Positions 19,010-28,600 of a stretch of DNA of 64,000 nt are shown here, piece by piece. Origin of the DNA: Thermoplasmatota archaeon (GTDB taxonomy: Archaea > Thermoplasmatota > E2 > JACPAO01 > JAHFTW01). Below the pieces are notes generated by a model. The model was not told where the DNA came from. It saw nothing but the letters and a program-made list of their open reading frames with translations, and searched no databases. Position 1 is the first letter of the stretch; the number at the start of each line of letters is the position of its first letter. The translations under genes and the position numbers were made by a program. Location: NCBI GenBank assembly GCA_041601615.1, contig JBFIHX010000005.1, forward strand, positions 32,001 through 96,000, given 5' to 3'.

Positions 19010-19663
19010 ATGACTGACGAATCTATCATTCAGACGGAAGAACAGCTCGCGGAGGTCGCCGCAGAGGAGACCGCACCCGAGGAGCCCGTGGTCGTCCTGC
19101 CCGAGACCCCCCTCTTTGGTAAGTACGGCGCCGACGGCATCGAGATCCGCGACGTGGGCCTGGCCCGCTACATTCGCCTCGAACTGGTCGGCTTGCCCCA
19201 CAGCAGTGCTCGCCACGCCAACCGACGCTTTGCCAAGCAACGCGTCAACATTGTCGAACGCTTGATCAACAACGTCATGCGCTCGGCTGCGTACAACGGC
19301 AAGAAGGGCAAGGCGTACAAGGTCGTCGAGGACGCTTTCGAGCGCATCGCCGAGAAGACCAAGGACAACCCGATCCAGGCCCTAATCCGCGCTGTGGAGC
19401 ACTCCGCTCCTCGCGAAGAGGTCACCCGCCTGCGCTACGGTGGCATCAACGTCCCCAAGGCCGTCGATGTTTCGCCCATGCGCCGTCTCGACATCGCTCT
19501 GCGCAACCTCGCAAAGGGTGGACTGGCTGGCTCCCACAAGAGCACCAAGCCCGCCGCCCACTGCCTCGCCGATGAGATCATGAAGGCCGCCAAGGGCGAC
19601 CCCGGATCCTTCTCGGTCGGTAAGAAGGACGAGCTTGAGCGCGTCGCCAAGTCTGCTCGCTAA
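19010..19663 (+). CDS. rpsG: Ribosomal protein uS7 (archaeal)
   Basis: IVERLINN, NPIQ, APREE, AVDVSP.RR, ERVAKSAR. Confidence 0.98.
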   Translation: MTDESIIQTEEQLAEVAAEETAPEEPVVVLPETPLFGKYGADGIEIRDVGLARYIRLELVGLPHSSARHANRRFAKQRVNIVERLINNVMRSAAYNGKKGKAYKVVEDAFERIAEKTKDNPIQALIRAVEHSAPREEVTRLRYGGINVPKAVDVSPMRRLDIALRNLAKGGLAGSHKSTKPAAHCLADEIMKAAKGDPGSFSVGKKDELERVAKSAR

Positions 19664-19736
19664 GCTCGCAGCCTAGTCGACGCACTCAAGCATGGCGTCT
19701 TCGACGCCCGCCAGAGTCGGCACCGCCGACTCCGGC

Positions 19737-19769
19737 GAATTGGAACGCGTCGCCAAGTCTGCACGCTAG
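19737..19769 (+). repeat. Ghost copy of rpsG last 10 codons plus stop
   Basis: GAATTGGAACGCGTCGCCAAGTCTGCACGCTAG encodes ELERVAKSAR*; follows the hairpin at 19709-19737. Confidence 0.92.
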
Positions 19770-19836
19770 AGCCTCGGCGTCTTCGAGAAAAACACCTTCA
19801 CCCTCCTCTTCCAATCCTCTTTCCTTCGCTCCTATT

Positions 19837-20313
19837 TTGGGGTCGCTTGAAATGTGCGGCCCAATGTTCTTCGCCGTCGGCGCACGCCGGCAGGATGGGA
19901 TGAAGATGCACGAAACAACCACCGTGCGGTGGGTCCTCGTCGTGGACGATGATCCATTGCATCGGCTGCTGATGAGAGACAGCGTAGAGCAAGCTGGGCC
20001 AACGAACACTTGGGTGCTGGAAGCGCCCGACGGAGCCACCGCTCAGTCGATTCTGGCAAAATTGCCTGCTCGCGCGGTGTTTCTCATGACGGACCGCAAC
20101 ATGCCGGGATCGATCCATGGAGACGCCCTTTTGGAAGGCCATCTTGCGCGCGGCGGAAGTGGAGTCTTGGTTACTTCGGATGCACGATTCGTGGGGCATT
20201 CTCCTTACTGCATCCAGAAACCCGATCACATGACGGGCTGGGCCGAGCTTGGACGGCGAATCTTCACGGGTCCTCCGACCCATGCCTGGGCTCCATTGCT
20301 CATGTGTGGTTGA
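19837..20313 (+). CDS. Stand-alone response regulator receiver domain
   Basis: VLVVDDD, TDRNMPG..G, VTS, KP; true start probably near 19900. Confidence 0.75.
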   Translation: MGSLEMCGPMFFAVGARRQDGMKMHETTTVRWVLVVDDDPLHRLLMRDSVEQAGPTNTWVLEAPDGATAQSILAKLPARAVFLMTDRNMPGSIHGDALLEGHLARGGSGVLVTSDARFVGHSPYCIQKPDHMTGWAELGRRIFTGPPTHAWAPLLMCG

Positions 20314-20527
20314 TGAGGTGGGCTGGTGGCGCTGGTTGTTGCGGTCAGGGGTTTCCCGCGTCAAGGATGGGGGTGGAATGGGGCCTTGGGGCGCCGTGCT
20401 TCTTGTCCCGTGGCCCGGAGCGTCGAAGTCGCGGCTAAGTATCTCCGGATTAGATAGATCGGGATAGATAGATAAGAACCACAGCCATCAGCCTAAAACG
20501 TACTGAACATTGTGGGACGCGATCGTC

Positions 20528-23500
20528 ATGCGAAAAATCATGGTCGTTTTCCTCGCTCTGCTGCTTCTGGCCACTCCGTTGGCCGTTGCCCACAAATCCA
20601 ACCACGAGATGCAGCACCAGGCGTGCGACGTGATGTGGATGACGCCCCATGGGCATGGCCCAGACGACGGCCATCGACACGAACACGACCCGGACATAGC
20701 CGGCCCGGAGCACAAGGATCTGCACAACCACGACCCTTGCAACCAGAGCCGAATGACCTACCCGGACTACGAAAGTGTCGCGCCCATCACGGAAATAGAT
20801 CCGCCGACCAAGGAGTTGGATCCGGAAGAAATCATCTGGAACGACAACGACGCGACCAACTCCGAGGTGTACATCGGAGGCGAAGCGTACCAATTCCCCA
20901 TCGCTCCCGGAACGTTCCAGGAGATCGATTCGCTGGTCATCAGCAGCAACGCTGACGCCGCTGCCCTCGCCGCCGCCGGAGTCATCAGTGGCACCGGCGA
21001 CGAGGACGACCCTTACGTCATTCAGAACCTTATCGTGGGTCGTGCACTCATCATCAGTGACACGGACAAGTGTTTCGTGGTCAAGAACAACATTGTTGTT
21101 GATCGCGTGGTCGAAGCGCCCATCGTGCCGGACCCCGACGACCTCATTAATGTCACCAAGTTGATTCGTGAGCTCATCGAATTGATCGACGGGCTCCTGG
21201 CAGACATTGCCGAATACTTGGGCATCACGGAAGAACTGGAAGCGGCCCGCGCCCTCTGGGACGAGAACGCCACAATCTGGGAAAACGAGAAGCTTGTGTG
21301 GGATGCCGAAGCGGCCGCCAAGCAAGCGCAATTGGCCAACATGAACGCCCGGTCTGCCTCCTACGACGCCCAACTAGCGCAATGGCAACAGGATATCGCC
21401 AATTACGAGGGCAATTACCTCAATTCGATTGGCATCACTGAGCAACTCGCCTCCGACTTTGAATACTACATGGAGCAAATCCTCGGCTTCGACCCCACAA
21501 CCGTGACGCAGCCGACCAAGTCGCACCAGCAATTCATCAACAACGGCCAAGTAGTCGACATAGGCGCGCTCCAGGACAGCTTCGAATCCTACCAGGACGA
21601 TGCCAGCAAACTCATTGGCGCCGTCAGCGAGACCGGTCAGAATCCCTCTGAGACCAACTTTGACGTGCGCGACATGATCGACGAAAACCCGCCCGGTGCG
21701 ACCCCGCCGGCCGGCTACTCCGGCTCCGACTGGAGCTCCGATTTGGCGCAATACGACGACTACCGTCAATGGATCTTGGACGAAGTGACCAGCTACTGGG
21801 GCACCTTGAAGGCGGACGAGCCGGATTACGATGGTTTTGCCGCGTTCATGGAGGAGTACAATGGATTCCAGGAGGAGTACGCTGCCTTCATGGGAGAATA
21901 CAACAGCTTCACGGCCAGCCACACGGCCTTCCAGAACGACTTCAATGCCTTCATGGACGACTACAGCAGTTTCCTCGCCTCGAACGCCGCATCCCTGGAC
22001 GAATACAACGCCCTGATTGCCGACGCCGAGGCCGACATCGCGGACGCAGAAGCGCTCATCGACACCGTGCAAGGATTCGCCTGGAAACTGGGCGACCTCT
22101 TGTTCGAAACCATCGATCAAGTCCTAGAGCACCTCTTGACGCTCATCTTCGGCCTCATCGACCCACACGACCCGCACGAAGTGGCCAACAACAACGGCCA
22201 ATTGGTGCTTGACTGGAACGGCCAGTGCCTGCACGTCTACAACAACGTGATCAACGACTTGCGCGTCAACCAGAACAACGATCGCACCGGCTTTGCCACC
22301 GGGGGCATCCTGGAGAACAATCGCATCTTTACGATTGGCCAGATCCGCCACTACGACGGCATCTTCCGCGACAACGAAGTAGGCAACCGAGCCCACTTGT
22401 ACAGTCTGATTGATCCGAACATCACCGCGCCGACAAACGACCAGTCGGTCAACAACGATGGCGCCAACCAAGGCTGGTACTTTGACAACGTCATCTACGG
22501 ACAAGTGGACCTTGACTTCCACGGACACCACCACTCGGCGGGCTTCTTTGCCCCCGAGAGCCACTTCCATGGCTCGGTGTACCGTGAAGCCTACATGGTC
22601 AACACCGACGGTTCCTGCAAATTCACCCACGACGATCTGATGCCGATGCCCGGGCACCACCAGATGCACGAGAGCGACAACGACTTCGAGGTGCTGGGCG
22701 AAACCATCATTGATGGCCCGGACAACGAACCTTGCCTGCCGCATCATGACCACGGCAAGCGCTGGACATCCGTGTTTTTCAACGACAATGTGATCATTGA
22801 TCCAAACGGGCTTGGTCTGCGTTTCGAAGACGAAAACCACCGCGCCGACGACGAGCAAGCGAACTCGGAGAACATGCGCGAGCTCAAGAAGCCGCACTTC
22901 CACCAGAAGTGGGTCCAAGTGGAAAACAACACGGTCGTGGGCAAAATCTTCATTGATGTTCTCAACGCCAAGGGCACGTTCCTGTGGAGCGACGACTGGA
23001 GCGAGGTGGAGAACACGGCCGGCATCGAACGCAGCATCGAGGCGTTGGATCACCCGGGTGCTCGCATCGCCTACAGCCACCCGATGCGCAACGACGCCTG
23101 GCTGGATATCCAAAACAACACGGTGCTCCAGACGCAGAGTGTTGGTGTCTTGGTGTCGGATGCGGAGTTCATGACGAAGCTTCAGTTGAACAACAACCGC
23201 GCTGTGGGCGCGCCGACCTCGATCTCGGGCTACAGCTTCGAAGCGCTGCGCGATTGGCTCTGGAATGCCCGGTACGCTTCGGCCGCCTCGATTGCGGACG
23301 ACGTGGACGACATGGGTTCCGGTGACCGCGGCGTGCAGAACTTTGTGCTCGTGCGCAATGCAATCGACAAATTCAACGTAGTCTTCTGTGGCAACACGCT
23401 GCACCGCTTGGACGGCAGTCTTGTGGCAACGGATCGGATCTACCAGGACGGTGCCAGCACCATCGATTACGACTGTACCTCGGACAACGACGATGATGGT

Positions 23501-23698
23501 CTCAAGGCCAATGAATTGGGCACGGCTGCTTCGCCGCTCGTTGCTTGGGTGCCTGCGCCGGATCGGGCTCGGTTCACGGACGGGTTGCGCGAGTTGACGC
23601 ACGACACGGACTCGTTCTACCTCCTGGAACTGGCGTTTGACATGGCCGACGCATTGCTGCCGGCGCACCCGGAAGACGCGCTCCCGGTGGAGACGTGA
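20528..23698 (+). CDS. Large secreted His-rich protein with beta-helix (NosD/CASH-like) repeats and a helical insert
   Basis: Signal peptide; GTGDEDDPYVIQNL; recurrent xxNNxI turns; acidic heptad helices. Confidence 0.85.
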   Translation: MRKIMVVFLALLLLATPLAVAHKSNHEMQHQACDVMWMTPHGHGPDDGHRHEHDPDIAGPEHKDLHNHDPCNQSRMTYPDYESVAPITEIDPPTKELDPEEIIWNDNDATNSEVYIGGEAYQFPIAPGTFQEIDSLVISSNADAAALAAAGVISGTGDEDDPYVIQNLIVGRALIISDTDKCFVVKNNIVVDRVVEAPIVPDPDDLINVTKLIRELIELIDGLLADIAEYLGITEELEAARALWDENATIWENEKLVWDAEAAAKQAQLANMNARSASYDAQLAQWQQDIANYEGNYLNSIGITEQLASDFEYYMEQILGFDPTTVTQPTKSHQQFINNGQVVDIGALQDSFESYQDDASKLIGAVSETGQNPSETNFDVRDMIDENPPGATPPAGYSGSDWSSDLAQYDDYRQWILDEVTSYWGTLKADEPDYDGFAAFMEEYNGFQEEYAAFMGEYNSFTASHTAFQNDFNAFMDDYSSFLASNAASLDEYNALIADAEADIADAEALIDTVQGFAWKLGDLLFETIDQVLEHLLTLIFGLIDPHDPHEVANNNGQLVLDWNGQCLHVYNNVINDLRVNQNNDRTGFATGGILENNRIFTIGQIRHYDGIFRDNEVGNRAHLYSLIDPNITAPTNDQSVNNDGANQGWYFDNVIYGQVDLDFHGHHHSAGFFAPESHFHGSVYREAYMVNTDGSCKFTHDDLMPMPGHHQMHESDNDFEVLGETIIDGPDNEPCLPHHDHGKRWTSVFFNDNVIIDPNGLGLRFEDENHRADDEQANSENMRELKKPHFHQKWVQVENNTVVGKIFIDVLNAKGTFLWSDDWSEVENTAGIERSIEALDHPGARIAYSHPMRNDAWLDIQNNTVLQTQSVGVLVSDAEFMTKLQLNNNRAVGAPTSISGYSFEALRDWLWNARYASAASIADDVDDMGSGDRGVQNFVLVRNAIDKFNVVFCGNTLHRLDGSLVATDRIYQDGASTIDYDCTSDNDDDGLKANELGTAASPLVAWVPAPDRARFTDGLRELTHDTDSFYLLELAFDMADALLPAHPEDALPVET

Positions 23699-24186
23699 GC
23701 GGTTCCGGTTCCTTGTCCTCCATTTTTCCCGTTCCGGGACTGCTTCTTGGCTTGGCGGCGGTGGCGTTGCTTGTGACGGCCTTGCCGGGCATTCCGGTCG
23801 TGGAGCCGGAGGAGGGCTTTGCTGTGTTTCACATGAACAGCGCTCTTGCGGAGGGCAATTCCAAGTTCCAGGAGATCTTTGTCGTGGACCGGGTGGCGCC
23901 GGATTTGGCGGCAAACATCGAGGGCGTGGAGATGTTTCTGGATGGCGAGCCGTTTGCCGTGCTGTGGGAGCCGGCGTCGGGGCCGTTGCAGCGCAATGCG
24001 ACGTTTTCGTTTGTGATGGAGGCGTTTGACCAGCAGCAGGTGTTGACTGCGAAGTGGCAGGGCGAGGAAGTGATGCGCTGTCAATTTGGAGGCGGTGCCG
24101 GTTTTGCGGGGCTGCATCCGGATGAGCTTCGCAGCATGGGTCAGGGGCACAAGATTCGTTGCCTGGATGGGGCCGCAGACGGCTGA
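23695..24186 (+). CDS. Hypothetical membrane-anchored protein
   Basis: GTGA overlap with the upstream stop; N-terminal TM helix. Confidence 0.65.
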   Translation: MSGSGSLSSIFPVPGLLLGLAAVALLVTALPGIPVVEPEEGFAVFHMNSALAEGNSKFQEIFVVDRVAPDLAANIEGVEMFLDGEPFAVLWEPASGPLQRNATFSFVMEAFDQQQVLTAKWQGEEVMRCQFGGGAGFAGLHPDELRSMGQGHKIRCLDGAADG

Positions 24187-24558
24187 TTGGTCCGAGCGGG
24201 CCCGAAGGATGGGGTACGGTTGCTGTGTTCGCAGCGAGTGCCTTGCCGGCGGCCTCGTTTCAAACGAGGCGGGCTTGTTGCTTCGTGCTGGTGCGTTCGG
24301 CGGCGTCGCTTGCGGCGTGACCGTGGCTTGGGGTGGGGCAGGAGCGGATGGGGAATTGTTGCGGGGCTGCAAGGCGGTTGGGTGGGGGTTGCGCGGTTCT
24401 TCGTCGGAGCACGAAGGACGGGTCGCTCGCCGCAACGCTCGTTGCGTATCGTTCCCGAGGCCACCGCGGGTGGCCGCAAGGAGCACAGATGGGCTGGCAA
24501 TTCAGTCCGGAACATGGGGTGAAGGAGAGGGGGAAGTGGAGAAGGATTCGGGCCTGGC

Positions 24559-25683
24559 TTAGATAAGCGCCATTTGGTAGCCGTTGCCGGTTGCGGCTTG
24601 GTGTTCAAGGGTGTACAAGTGGTACATGTGGCCCTCGGCAACACCCATGTTGTTGACGTCGAACACGAAGATCAGGAACTCGATGCCGTTGTTGATCACG
24701 GCAAAGTTGGCGCTGCTTGGGACCGATGCTTCGAGCACTGCCCGCTTGGCGCACGCGGTCAAGTCGGTGTCGCAGCAGCGGTTTGGATCCAATTGGCAGG
24801 GCACATGCATGGCCCAGGCGAGCGGCAGGACGGGAGCGTAGAGCACTTCGACGTTGATGGTGTCTGTGCGGCTCTTGCCGGGCACGCATCCAAAGAATTC
24901 AGCATCGTATTCTAGGCACACTTGTGCGCTGGCAATGGATTGGACGTAGCCCGTGTCGGCGGCGGCTTGCACTTGGAATCCGTGTGCTTCGTGGACGAAC
25001 TCCAGCATGAATTTGATGACGATGTTGCAGATTCCGGGTTGCCCTACGATGCCGAAGCCGATGCGGTCGTCACGGAAATCCATGAGATTTCCGGCGGTTT
25101 CGTTGTCGTGGTTGCCGCCCTTGGTGTAGCGCTCTAGGGAGTTGAGCGCCAGTGTGGGTGCAAGCATGTCGTGGACTTGCCCATCGATGCAGTCTGCTTG
25201 TAGGGTGACAAATTCCATGCCGCGCGAGGTTTGTCGCGCGGTCCACTGGTTGGTGCCTGTGGGTTGGGGAGCCTCGCCTGCTTCTCGATCCAAACTTGGG
25301 AACCATCCGTCTCCAGGTTCGATCCAGAATGCGATGGGTTTGAACATATCCGCAGTAATGTGGACCGTGCCGTTGACAAAGCCTCGTTGTTTTTCTTGCA
25401 GTTGCGGCAGCAGGGCATCGGTGGGTGCGTGGGCGATGCCGCTGTCGCGAAGATCTTCGACATCCTGGGCCATGGGGTCGTCGGGGGTTCCCATGGTCAG
25501 ATCCTGACCTATGCGGCTGATGGTCCAATCGATGGTCGTTTGGGATGTCTCAAGCACGGAGCGTTCCAGTTTTTGTGTGCTGGATGGGTTCAGCTTGAGG
25601 GCCACGCCGGTTACGAGTGGGACCGCGAGTGTGGCCGCGACCAGGAGGGCGAGTGTCATCTTTTGTTTCTGATTCATGTTCAT
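24559..25683 (-). CDS. Hypothetical secreted or anchored protein, Cys-containing C-terminal part
   Basis: N-terminal hydrophobic helix; ATGA overlap with the giant gene's stop. Confidence 0.8.
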   Translation of the reverse strand: MNMNQKQKMTLALLVAATLAVPLVTGVALKLNPSSTQKLERSVLETSQTTIDWTISRIGQDLTMGTPDDPMAQDVEDLRDSGIAHAPTDALLPQLQEKQRGFVNGTVHITADMFKPIAFWIEPGDGWFPSLDREAGEAPQPTGTNQWTARQTSRGMEFVTLQADCIDGQVHDMLAPTLALNSLERYTKGGNHDNETAGNLMDFRDDRIGFGIVGQPGICNIVIKFMLEFVHEAHGFQVQAAADTGYVQSIASAQVCLEYDAEFFGCVPGKSRTDTINVEVLYAPVLPLAWAMHVPCQLDPNRCCDTDLTACAKRAVLEASVPSSANFAVINNGIEFLIFVFDVNNMGVAEGHMYHLYTLEHQAATGNGYQMALI

Positions 25684-28600
25684 TGCCTCTTGAAAGCGAC
25701 CACGTCGTCGTACCATCCAACGCCGCGGCCGCTTCTGCCGGCGTCTGGACTTGGGAAAACATCTCCGACGCCTATGCGCTTGTCGGAGCCGGTTGTGATG
25801 GAGCTGGTGAAGGTGGAGTTGGTGTCATCGTCCAAGGTGACGGCGACGGAAGTGGAGGTCACTTCGACGCGGACGAAGTGCCATTCCTTCTCGTTCTTGA
25901 GGCAGACGCCGCCTTCGCTGATGCGGGTGTTGCCGTTGTAGAGGTGGACGCGCCAGTCGCCGGCGTCGCAGTCGATTTCTTGGGAGGGTCCAAGAGTGAC
26001 GGCCCAGCGGGGTGCGTCGTCGCTCTTGAGCCCGGATAGGATGGCCTGATGTTCTGGTTTGTTCAGGCTGTCCCCGATAGCGAAGGCGGCCTCGACGGTG
26101 TATTTGGAGCCGAGTCCGGTGGTTGGGAAGGAGGCGTAGGTGCGGCCGCCGGGGGATGTGGCTCCGGTGACTTGCAGGTAGCCGTTGCCTAGGAATCCGG
26201 ATCCAGCGTAGGTCTTGAGGCCGCTGCCGGTTTCGGACCAACCGAATGCGGTGAGGGGTTGCACGAAGGTGTGGTCGTGTCGGCTGGTGTCCATGTCGAT
26301 GCGTAGGCGATCGATGTCGACGGTGTTGGCGCCGCCGCCCGCTTCCACGGTTGCTGCGGGGCCGTCGGCGTGGAGGGGCACCCAGACGGAGGAGAGTTGG
26401 TCTCGTTGGATGAGGGCGTGGCCGTGGCGGATGAAGATGTCAAAGCGGTGCCAGCGGCTGTCGACGGAGCTGAGGATGGTCCAGTTTCCGTTGCCTTCTT
26501 CCACTTCGAGGGTGCTGTAGCGGACGCGGGCGCGTACCATCATGTCTCCGTCGTCGTTGCGCACGGTGAAGACGGGGTCTTCGATGGCTGGTTTGGCTTT
26601 GATGCGGAATGTCAGGTGCGAGGAGGACGGCAGATCTACGGGAGGGCTCTTGGCGGCGAGGGTGTGGCCGGAGTCTGGTTGGATGGAGAGGTAGGTGGGT
26701 CCTCCGGCGGTGCCGAGTGTGTTGGTGTCTTGGAGGGTTCCTTGACCGATGGGTTGCCAGCCGTCGCCGCCGAGGATGGGTTGGTCTTCCAGTAGGTTGC
26801 GCAGGTCCGAATCGAGGAGGCTCACTTTGGGTGCGGTCCACATGGCGGATGCTGATTGCACGCGTGTGGATTCCAGCCGGATGGGGCCGGAGAGCGGTAG
26901 GGAGCCGAGGTATGTTTCGTCCAGGAACGCTTCCATGCGTCCGTCGGCGGCTATGAGGTCGAAGCGGTACCACTGGGATTTGAGGGTGATGTTGCCGATG
27001 GCGATGCTTTGGTTTCCTACGGTCAGCGTTAGGGTGTTGCTGGCGTAGCGGAGGTGGGCGATGTCTCCTTCGTCGCCTTCGAGGGCTAGGAATTCGGTGC
27101 TTCCGGGGTTGGTTCCGGGGTTGCTCCATTGGGTCACGGTCAGCAATGCGGAGTGCGCGGCGAGGGGTGTGTGTAGGGATCCGCCGTAGGTGTAGCCAAG
27201 TTTCTGGGATGTTCCGTCGGGTCCGTAGCCGTTGTAGTAGTTGTGGGCGTTGCCTTGGGGTTGCATTTGTGCAACTTGGGGTTGGATGCCGTCTTTGGCG
27301 AAATGGAAGGAGTGGCGCCATGCTGTGCTGCGGCCGTTGTTGGCGGTCACGAGCAGGGTCACTTCCTCTTGTTGGTCTTCGTCAAGGTCAATGGTTGCTT
27401 CGTAGCGGTTGCTGCCGACGGAGGTGAAGCTGATGGGTCCGAGCCGGCTGGTGGCTTGGATGTCCATGGTGGCGTCCGGGTGGGGTGGGGTGATTTCGAG
27501 GGCGAGCGTGAACACGCCGGGGTCGGTTTCGCTGGACCAGATGGTGGTGCCGGGCGTTGAGACGGAGGCGACGTGGCCGCTTACGGGCAATCCGAGGTCG
27601 CCGGAGCCGAGGCGGGTGGTGCCGGCAAAGCTTGGACTCAGGAGTCCGATGCTCGGTAGTTCGGCGTTCACGAAGATTTCGAGGACTTGGCAGGTGCCGG
27701 GGTTGCCTGCTTGGTCGACGGGGCAGAGGGTGTAGGTTGCCAGTTCGTTCGTGGGGGGCGTTGTGTCTTCGTAGCGGCTGGCGTGGGTCCAGGTTTCGTT
27801 GCTGGTGCCGCTGGTGCTTGTGCGTTGCACGAGGATGTGGCTAGGGTTGCGCTCGGCGAGGGTGTAGTCGATGCCGACGGTGCCGGATTCGTAGTTGATG
27901 CTGTTTGCGTCGAGGAGGGGGGCGGTGCGGTCTCCTTCGACTTGGCCTAGGTATATTTCGAGTTCGTTGGCGGCGCCATCGAGGACGCGGACGTAGGCTT
28001 GGAGGGCTTGGTTTTCGAGTTCGGCGGGGATGTCGAGCAGCGTTCCGGGGCCGGCGGTGATGAGCGGTGTGCTGTTGGCGTCGGGTCGTAGTTCGATGGC
28101 GTTCCAGGTGATGCCGGTGTCGACGGCGCCTTGGTCGTCAAGGGCGGTCCAGGTTTGGTTGATGCCGGCGGCTCCGATGAGGGCGGGGAGGCTTGGTGGG
28201 TCCTGGATTGCGGGGGCCACGAGGTCGATGACGAAGGCGGAGGAATGGTTGGTCCAGGTGTGGCCGGCGCCGTCTTGGCCGTGCAGAACGAGTTGGACTT
28301 CTTGGCCGTGGAAGCGGGTGTACTTGGTGTCGTTTAGGTGGATGGTTTCGTGGATGGTCAGGGTTTGGTTGCCGGATTGGGTCTGGATGGGTTCTGTGTC
28401 GCTGCCGTCGGTGGTTTGTAGGAACAACTCGAAGGTGATGGCTTCGCAGCCGCCGCTGACGAGTTGGCCGGCGGCGATGATGGGGCGGTAGCCGATGGCT
28501 TCGCCCATGGCTTGGATGTTGTTTCCGACTTCGCGGAAGAAGCCGTCGAGGCCGGGGAGGGGGTTGCCGAGGGGGTGGCGGCGGTCTACGACGACGAGGG

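Noticed and set aside
22124-23914. Long antisense or alternative-frame ORFs (also 29383-31383, 40024-41784, 61167-62957)
   Set aside because: Shadow ORFs from high GC3, overlapping well-supported genes, with low-complexity translations.
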